A stretch of DNA of 64,000 nucleotides from an uncultured virus (IMG/VR IMGVR_UViG_3300008117_000060) (taxonomy: Duplodnaviria; Heunggongvirae; Uroviricota; Caudoviricetes). The translations under genes and the position numbers were made by a program. This document shows positions 57,553-64,000 of this stretch, one piece after another. Below the pieces are notes generated by a model, which was given only the letters and a program-made list of their open reading frames with translations, did no database searches and had not been told where the DNA came from. Location: the IMG/VR virus record IMGVR_UViG_3300008117_000060. One strand, given 5' to 3'. Position 1 is the first letter of the stretch. Every line of letters begins with the position of its first letter.

Positions 57553-58587
57553 TTAAATTCCCACTTCCTCTTCAATGTAATAAACATTGTCTAATAGAGG
57601 ATTAAGAGCTAAAACTTCTTCTTGAGAAGGAAAGTCTTCTTCATTCAAAATAGCATCAGACATTCTGATTTCTCTTTCGGCCTGTTTGATATAAAAGGCT
57701 TCGATTGGGTCTTCACTGCTAGTGATTTCAGTAACAGTCTTGCCCTTCTCCCAAGTTCTACAAGCCCAATATCTAGCTTTCCATTTAGGACCAGGGTTGC
57801 TGTCGCATTGATGTCTTGCGCGGAAATTCTTGCGGCGTTCAGGGTCATCGCGTTTGATTTCCATGTTAGGGTCGCCAAATTTAACCATCACAGTGTTGCC
57901 TTTGTCGTTTTTAACATAAACGCCAAATTTCTTATTAGAGCCAGAAGGAAGTCTGAAAGGCTTATTAAGAGTTTTCTTTTCTGCTTCGGTATAGTCAATG
58001 TCTTCATTGAAGATGTCCATTTCTTCGAATAAAACACCAGCTTCGATTAGATTAATATGAGCTAATTGAAGCTCAAGGTCTTCAAAATCATAATAGTCGT
58101 GATTATGATCAAAAGCTTCGGAACCTTTGGCAATGTCGCCATCAGCAGCTTTATATGCATCTTTGACTTTTTCGCCACGCATCATTTTCAAGAAAGTATT
58201 GACGCGAGCCATTGCCCACTGCTGACGACTCTTGCCTGGACGATGAGTGGAACTAAAAGCACCCAAGCCACGGCGATAAACTTTCTTTAATTGAGAAAGA
58301 GAAACTTTACGGCTGTGCTTGGAGTTATGATCTTCAACTTTCTTTTTTAGAGACTCAGTGATTTTATCATTGAAAGTGATTTCGGCCTTAACAACTTCTT
58401 TTTTATCATCTTTCTCAAGATTTTTCTCAGCGCGTTCTTTAGCATCTGGAGTAGTGCCAGCAGAGCCTGGCTCATTCATTTTTGAACCCTTTTTACGCTC
58501 ATCTGGCTTCGCAGGAGTTTGTGCGGAGCTTTTTGGTCCAGGGCGGTTCTTGGCCTCTAAAATCTGTTGAGAAAAATCTACTTCCAT
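57553..58587 (-). CDS. Multi-domain viral protein of unknown function
   Basis: VYRRGLGAF...WAMARVN and KKFGVYV...FGDPNM...FRARH.C...RYW modules. Confidence 0.65.
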   Translation of the reverse strand: MEVDFSQQILEAKNRPGPKSSAQTPAKPDERKKGSKMNEPGSAGTTPDAKERAEKNLEKDDKKEVVKAEITFNDKITESLKKKVEDHNSKHSRKVSLSQLKKVYRRGLGAFSSTHRPGKSRQQWAMARVNTFLKMMRGEKVKDAYKAADGDIAKGSEAFDHNHDYYDFEDLELQLAHINLIEAGVLFEEMDIFNEDIDYTEAEKKTLNKPFRLPSGSNKKFGVYVKNDKGNTVMVKFGDPNMEIKRDDPERRKNFRARHQCDSNPGPKWKARYWACRTWEKGKTVTEITSSEDPIEAFYIKQAEREIRMSDAILNEEDFPSQEEVLALNPLLDNVYYIEEEVGI

Positions 58588-58630
58588 GTTTACTTTTTAC
58601 ACTTAAAAAATTATTTTTATCAACAATTAG

Positions 58631-60277
58631 TTAAGCTTCGCAAGACTTACACTCATTAAGGGAGCGAGCCAATAATTGACTTGGATTGCTTGATTTTTGG
58701 TAGTAAAAGCCTTTGATGCCTTGCTGCCAGCCAAAGATCATTAGTTTACTTACTTCTCCAACGGTTGTTGCTGGAGGAATCATAAGATTGAGGCTCTGAC
58801 CTTGATCAATGAACTTTTGGCGTTGAGCAGCTTGGATAACAATTTCCTTTTGGGAGATTTCTCCAAAGGTCTTGAACACATCCTTTTCGTGATCTGTCAA
58901 GAAATCAAGATGCTGAACTGAGCCGCCATTTTCCAGAATGCTCTTCCAAACTTCTTGGTCGTCTTTATCTTTTTGCTTCAAGAGTTCTTTAAGATATGGA
59001 TTCTTGTATGTGAAAGAGCCTTTGGCAAGTTTCTTGACATAGTAATTGGAGTTTTGAGGCTCAATACCTTGAGAAACTTGACCAAGAATAAAAGAAGAAG
59101 AAACTGTTGGAGCAATAGCTAAACGAGTAACCATTCTTTCGCCATATCCTTTGAGCATTTCTGGCTCACCATATTTTTCAGCCATTTCTTTGCTTGCCTT
59201 CAAGCTTTTTTCTGAAATGAGCTTGAAAACGCTTGCGTTCAATAGTTTGGCTTCCATGCTTTCCCATGCAATGTTTTTGGCTTGCAAGAGAGAATGCCAA
59301 CCTAAAACTCCAAGACCAACCGCTCTCTGCTCTTTTGCAAACTTATTAGCAGCAGCCATGAACGGCATATTTTCAGTCTTACGAATGTATTCTTCGGTCA
59401 CAGTATCAAGGAAGTAGGTCAATACTTCAACAGCGTCAGTGTCCTTCCATTCATCGTAATGCAATAGATTAATGCTTGAAAGCACGCAAACAAACGAAGT
59501 ATCCTTGTCAGAAGAAAGATTAATCTCATTACAGAGATTGCTGGCATAAATTTTTACGCCTTTGTCTTTATAAACTGCTGGCGCTTGCTCATTTGCGTTG
59601 CCAGTGAAGTGAATATATGGATAGCCACTTTCAAAACGCTTCTTGATAACTTGGCCCCAAATTTTGAGCTTATCTTTGTCTTTGTTCAAAAGACCTTCCA
59701 TCCATTCGTTTGAAATGCAAACACCAATGCTGAGTTCTTGGATTGGATGTCCTTCGCTACGAATACGAAGAAACTCTTCTAAATCTGGATGATCAATATC
59801 CAAATACGCTGCCATTGAACCACGGCGGACATTGGATTGAGAAACAATGTTGGCTACCTTGTCAAAGAGTTCCATGAAATGAACGCTGCCACTTGATGTT
59901 CCGCCAGAACTAATGGTTGCGCCTCTTGGACGCAGCTTGCCAAAATAAGCAGATGTTCCAGCAGCGTTCTTTGTCATCATTCCAATTTCAGCATTCTTAT
60001 ACAAAATGCTATCCATTGTATCGTCAATGAATGAGCCATTGCATGAGCAAGGTAAGCCTCTTTCAAGACCATAGTTTGCCCATACTGGAGAGGACAAACT
60101 AAACCAGCCACGCGACATGTAATCTTCGAACTTGTCTGCAAAGCCTCTGATCTTCAAATACTTTTCGGCAGTTTCAGCAATTTCTCTAACTCTTTCTTCT
60201 GCGGTTTGATCTTCTCTAACGTAACCGCGAGCAAGAAATTCGCGGGATTTTTGATTTAGCCAGTAGTATTTTGTCAT
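58631..60277 (-). CDS. nrdA: Class I ribonucleotide reductase alpha (no ATP cone)
   Basis: SC, SNLCNEI, CVLSS, APT.SSS, FYY, CKSC. Confidence 0.92.
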   Translation of the reverse strand: MTKYYWLNQKSREFLARGYVREDQTAEERVREIAETAEKYLKIRGFADKFEDYMSRGWFSLSSPVWANYGLERGLPCSCNGSFIDDTMDSILYKNAEIGMMTKNAAGTSAYFGKLRPRGATISSGGTSSGSVHFMELFDKVANIVSQSNVRRGSMAAYLDIDHPDLEEFLRIRSEGHPIQELSIGVCISNEWMEGLLNKDKDKLKIWGQVIKKRFESGYPYIHFTGNANEQAPAVYKDKGVKIYASNLCNEINLSSDKDTSFVCVLSSINLLHYDEWKDTDAVEVLTYFLDTVTEEYIRKTENMPFMAAANKFAKEQRAVGLGVLGWHSLLQAKNIAWESMEAKLLNASVFKLISEKSLKASKEMAEKYGEPEMLKGYGERMVTRLAIAPTVSSSFILGQVSQGIEPQNSNYYVKKLAKGSFTYKNPYLKELLKQKDKDDQEVWKSILENGGSVQHLDFLTDHEKDVFKTFGEISQKEIVIQAAQRQKFIDQGQSLNLMIPPATTVGEVSKLMIFGWQQGIKGFYYQKSSNPSQLLARSLNECKSCEA

Positions 60278-60278
60278 T

Positions 60279-61253
60279 TTAAACGAGTTCTTCTAGTTCG
60301 AATGTTTTATTTTTCTTTGCGTAGTCAACAGGACGTTGGTAGAAAAAGTCAACAGCATTGTTTGCCAAGACTTCTTCATCCATCCACTCATAGTCTCTAG
60401 CAAGCGTTTTGTCAATGGTAAATAAGGGTTTGAAACCAATCTCTTTCAAAGAATCATTGATTCTATTTTTCACATACTCTTTGAGAATATTAGCATTCAT
60501 TCTTTGTGCGCTAAAGTCGCCAATAATCCAATCAATAATCTTGGATTCTGCTTTGAAAGCTTCTTCTGCTTCGTGCAAGATTCTTTGCTCCAAATCAGCA
60601 TCGAAAAGCTCTGGACACTCTTTGCGAATCACGTTCACAAGTTTCATGCCAACTTTAGCATGAATGAGTTCTTCGTTCTTGGTATAGGTGACTTGTTGAG
60701 TTGTGTCTTTTAGCACATTGCGATAACGCCCGAACCAAAGAATAATGTAAAATTGAGAAAACAAAGAAACATTCTCAATGAAAAGAGTAAAAAGAATGAG
60801 TGCATAAACATATTGTTTACGAGAGTCTTTGTAGAAACGATGAGTGTATTTGCGAAGATAGTTGACACGACCAGACACAACATCAAGCTTGAGATTTTCC
60901 TCAAAGATTTCTTCCATATCAAGAACTTCAAGAAGACGCTGATAAGCATTGTTGTGAATCACTTCCACTCCAGCCATCACATAACCAAGATCAGTGAGTG
61001 ATGGGTGGGGAAGATTGTCTCCGAGCTTGGCCCAAAACTTTTTAACCGCCACTTCGATCTGACCAATGGCAGAAAGCGTGCGAATAATAACTTCTTGCTC
61101 TTCTTTGCTTAGATTTACTTTGAAATCTTGAAGATCACTGGAGAAGCTAAATTCTTTATGCGTCCAGAACCCTTCGTGCATTGCTGAAATAAAATCTTGA
61201 ACCCAAGGATACCGATCTGGCTTGCGCGAAATTTGCTCGTCGAAAATAGTCAT
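60279..61253 (-). CDS. nrdB: Class I ribonucleotide reductase beta
   Basis: FW, EVIH...Y, ENV.LFSQF, EELIH, DFF. Confidence 0.9.
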   Translation of the reverse strand: MTIFDEQISRKPDRYPWVQDFISAMHEGFWTHKEFSFSSDLQDFKVNLSKEEQEVIIRTLSAIGQIEVAVKKFWAKLGDNLPHPSLTDLGYVMAGVEVIHNNAYQRLLEVLDMEEIFEENLKLDVVSGRVNYLRKYTHRFYKDSRKQYVYALILFTLFIENVSLFSQFYIILWFGRYRNVLKDTTQQVTYTKNEELIHAKVGMKLVNVIRKECPELFDADLEQRILHEAEEAFKAESKIIDWIIGDFSAQRMNANILKEYVKNRINDSLKEIGFKPLFTIDKTLARDYEWMDEEVLANNAVDFFYQRPVDYAKKNKTFELEELV

Positions 61254-61258
61254 ACGAT

Positions 61259-61286
61259 ATATTACACACTGGTTGGTCGCTGTCAA
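61259..61286 (-). promoter_or_regulatory. nrdB promoter (sigma70 overlapping GTGTAA motif)
   Basis: TTGACA-N16-TAATAT-N5-ATG. Confidence 0.7.
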
Positions 61287-61493
61287 GAATTTTGAAACAG
61301 AAAAATTTCTCAAACTTTTTTCACATTTTTTGAAAGAAATACCCCCTCTCCCTTCGTATCCCTAGCGTTCTTTCCTTGCCGAACGTAAATAGTCCTTAAA
61401 ATAATATTTATACTAAAGTTTCTTTAAAGTATATATCGTATAAATATAGAAAAATCTTCTTGACAGAAGATGTTTTCTGGAAGAAGTTGAGAT

Positions 61494-61781
61494 ATGGTTA
61501 TCCTCAAAAACTTCAAACAAAAAATCTTCCTTGTCCAAAGTGGCGATTGGGAGTGTGTAGTTAACGCAGAAGACGTTACAGATGCTTGCTCAAAAGCACT
61601 AGAACAAGCAATGGCTTGCTACAAAGAAGCTGGTCTTGAAAATATCAGTCTTGGTTTTTTAATGTCTTGTCAAGAAATTCAGGAAGATTTAGAAAATATT
61701 TCGTATGTTCATACAGCGGCTATTTTAGCAAACAATGGCCACTACGAACTCGCTAAAAATTTAGATAATGAATTTTCCTGA
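61494..61781 (+). CDS. Hypothetical protein
   Basis: 95-aa ORF. Confidence 0.65.
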   Translation: MVILKNFKQKIFLVQSGDWECVVNAEDVTDACSKALEQAMACYKEAGLENISLGFLMSCQEIQEDLENISYVHTAAILANNGHYELAKNLDNEFS

Positions 61782-62301
61782 CCTGCTTTATGTTGTTGAT
61801 CAAGATTCAAATTTATCCCATCCTGCCCATGATGGCGATGTTGGATATGATGTAGTTGCAGCTTCAAATCCAAAAATTGTTGGTGAATGTTTTGAAGACA
61901 CCAACATTTACAAAAGAATTGATTACATTGAGTATGATTTAAACGTCAAGGTTGACGGCTTTCAACCAGTCAATTCGCCAAATGAAGACATCTACACTCT
62001 TGTTTTTCCAAGATCAAGCGTGAGCAAATATAACTTGCTTTTAGCAAACTCCATTGGAGTTGTTGACTCTGGTTTTCGATCTACAATTAAAGTTAGATTT
62101 AAGTATATCATGCAGCCAGAAGATTTAGTATTTTTTGATAATAAAATTCTCTGTATAGTTAATGAAAATAAAATTTATCAAAAAGGTGATAAAGTTTGCC
62201 AATTAGTATTTCAAAAGCATTTTCACCCATCTATTGAATTTGTTGAAGAGCTTGAACAAACAGAAAGAAACGAAGGAGGCTTTGGCAGCACTGGCTTATG
62301 A
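61768..62301 (+). CDS. dut: Trimeric dUTPase
   Basis: GYD, PRSS, GVVDS, GDKVCQL, R.EGGFGSTG. Confidence 0.9.
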   Translation: MNFPDLLYVVDQDSNLSHPAHDGDVGYDVVAASNPKIVGECFEDTNIYKRIDYIEYDLNVKVDGFQPVNSPNEDIYTLVFPRSSVSKYNLLLANSIGVVDSGFRSTIKVRFKYIMQPEDLVFFDNKILCIVNENKIYQKGDKVCQLVFQKHFHPSIEFVEELEQTERNEGGFGSTGL

Positions 62302-62912
62302 TTATTGGAATTTCAGGAGTAGCCCGAAGTGGCAAAGACACTCTTGCCAACAACTTTGTAAAAATTTTTAAACATCTTGGCATCAAAGCCAAGAGATATG
62401 CTTTTGCAGATGAGCTAAAGAGAGAAGTGCGACCATTTCTTAAAAAGAAAACTGGATTAGACTCCTTCACTCAAAATGATGACGAAAAGAAAATGATTCG
62501 TCCATTTCTTGTTGCTTATGGCACGCATATTCGCAGAGCGCTCAATGAGAACTGCTGGATTGATACTCTTTCTTCATATTTAAAAAATAACGAAATCGCA
62601 ATCATTTCTGACGTTCGATACAAGAACGAGGCTGATTGGATTCAAAAAAATGGCTTTCTTATTCATATTGCGAGGCTTGACAAAGAAAACAATCTCATCA
62701 AACCAGCAAATTCAGAAGAGCTTGAAAATGACCCTATTCTACAAGCACAAGCCAACTTGTCTTATGTTTGGCAAACAGTAGAAGAAAGCAAGGAAAAAGA
62801 CAATCCATTCTCGCTTTCTGAATATAGCTGGGCTATTTTTGAACAATGCTTCGACTCGGAGGAAATCACACAATGGCAGACGACTTATCCCTTATCGAAG
62901 AAATCAAAATAA
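62298..62912 (+). CDS. Deoxynucleoside monophosphate kinase
   Basis: GVARSGKDT, FADELK, SDVRY.NE. Confidence 0.85.
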   Translation: MIIGISGVARSGKDTLANNFVKIFKHLGIKAKRYAFADELKREVRPFLKKKTGLDSFTQNDDEKKMIRPFLVAYGTHIRRALNENCWIDTLSSYLKNNEIAIISDVRYKNEADWIQKNGFLIHIARLDKENNLIKPANSEELENDPILQAQANLSYVWQTVEESKEKDNPFSLSEYSWAIFEQCFDSEEITQWQTTYPLSKKSK

Positions 62913-63439
62913 ATAACAACGAAAGTTGTTTAAAAGAATTGATCGCAAAACACTCTGGAATTTATTTACAGATTGTTAACCAAACAATTTCTGATCAGTC
63001 AAATATCAATAAAAACGATATTATTGACGATAAAGACCTTTTCATCTATGAGAAGGCTCTAAAGTTTGACCCCAACAGAAGAATCAAGTTTTCAACTTAT
63101 TTAGGCAACGAAATAAAATGGAAATGCTTGAATATTCATAACAAGGTTAAAAAGTATGAATACTGTGATGTTGGTGATTTGTCTGAACATTTAGTTGACA
63201 AAGATTATATTGGCGAGTATATTAACCAAGAAATCATCTCACTGATTTATGATAAGGCAGACAAATACCACGATGAAAGGGTAAGAAAAATTATTCAAAT
63301 GCGTTATAGAGATTGCAAAAAGAATAAACTAACACCGTGGAAAAGAATTGCAAAAAAATTGAAATTATCAATACAAGGATGCATTAATATTCACAATAGG
63401 TTCATCAAGGAAATTAAACACGAATTAAACAATAATTAA
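62873..63439 (+). CDS. Second sigma70-like factor
   Basis: KFDPNRRIKFSTY (region 2); IIQMRY..WKRIAKKLKLS (region 4); GGAGG upstream. Confidence 0.75.
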   Translation: MADDLSLIEEIKINNNESCLKELIAKHSGIYLQIVNQTISDQSNINKNDIIDDKDLFIYEKALKFDPNRRIKFSTYLGNEIKWKCLNIHNKVKKYEYCDVGDLSEHLVDKDYIGEYINQEIISLIYDKADKYHDERVRKIIQMRYRDCKKNKLTPWKRIAKKLKLSIQGCINIHNRFIKEIKHELNNN

Positions 63440-63447
63440 ACACGAAT

Positions 63448-63891
63448 ATGGTAAATAAAACAATTCTCTACGGCTTTTTGGTCGCTGACCCCGAAGCTCG
63501 ATACACAAAAACTGGCAAGTGCGTTTGCAATCTTCGCATTGCTCATCGCGAAAATTATAAGGATGAAAACAAAGACCCTCTTTATATGAGCGTTGATGTT
63601 TGGGATAAACAAGGCGAAATTTGCGCCAAAAATCTCAAGAAAGGTTCTAGTGTTATTGTTGATGGTCGCTTGGCTACCGATACTTACGAAAACAAAGAAG
63701 GTAAGAAAACTACCAAGACCTTTATTGTTGCTGATCGTGTTAACTTTGTTCCTCGATTTGAAAAGTCTGAAAAGACTGAAAGCTCCCCGACACAAAAAGA
63801 AAAGAAAGTCGCGCCAAAGAAGATCACAGCCACAGTTGAGGAAGAAGAGTCTGGGACTGGCGGTGAAGAGGGTGATGACATTCCATTTTAA
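63448..63891 (+). CDS. ssb: Single-stranded DNA-binding protein
   Basis: NK.IL.G.L..DPE.RYT, KKGS.V.VDGRL, C-terminal DDIPF. Confidence 0.92.
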   Translation: MVNKTILYGFLVADPEARYTKTGKCVCNLRIAHRENYKDENKDPLYMSVDVWDKQGEICAKNLKKGSSVIVDGRLATDTYENKEGKKTTKTFIVADRVNFVPRFEKSEKTESSPTQKEKKVAPKKITATVEEEESGTGGEEGDDIPF

Positions 63892-63893
63892 TT

Positions 63894-64000
63894 ATGCAAT
63901 TAATTGTTGAAGCTCCAATTAATTCCCTTTCCTTTGGAAATGTGGCAATTAATCTACTGCGCGAGATGTGGCGCAAAAATATGCAAGTTGGTCTTTTCCC
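63894..64000 (+). CDS. Partial ORF, possibly a GT-B glycosyltransferase N-terminus
   Basis: MQLIVEAPINSLSFGNVAINLLREM...; runs off the window. Confidence 0.4.
   Translation, partial: MQLIVEAPINSLSFGNVAINLLREMWRKNMQVGLF

Noticed and set aside
1..64000. tRNA, rRNA, integrase, tail sheath, reverse transcriptase/DGR
   Set aside because: None recognisable by eye; intergenic gaps are mostly too short. tRNAscan-SE and Infernal would be needed to exclude small RNAs.
1..64000. Specific host assignment or eukaryotic giant-virus origin
   Set aside because: SET, glycan and DUF-like genes are suggestive only; terminase, portal, tape measure, sigma factors and sigma70 promoters indicate a bacteriophage, and nothing here fixes the host.

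Overview
The window is 64 kb of a large lytic-looking tailed dsDNA phage genome (Caudoviricetes; long tape measure, tail-tube-like genes, no recognisable sheath or integrase). The host cannot be determined from the sequence. Layout: (1) 1-3.35 kb is a visibly GC-richer early-like region of tiny minus-strand genes, most with their own sigma70-type promoter (fixed 16-bp spacer, mostly leaderless). It also holds a lysozyme and nine copies of a TAGG-N7-CCTA palindrome. (2) 3.5-17.6 kb: deaminase, PhoH, sigma factor, ERCC4 nuclease, terminase, portal, protease/scaffold, capsid. (3) 17.7-39 kb is the tail module, with several tail-tube paralogs, a tape measure gene split by a frameshift that carries a nuclease-like cassette between GFIPNF repeats, S/T-G-rich fibres and a SET-domain gene. 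(4) 39-61 kb (minus strand): degenerate kinase, Clp ATPase, DnaE split into PHP + DnaQ + core with an antisense LAGLIDADG gene, RecB/Cas4-like nuclease, primase, DnaB, RecA, a glycan locus (FkbM, Gmd, glycosyltransferases, SemiSWEET) and NrdAB. (5) 61.5-64 kb: dUTPase, dNMP kinase, second sigma factor, SSB. A GTGTAA motif 8-11 nt upstream of many start codons is a candidate phage late promoter. All calls come from reading motifs by eye; no database search was run.
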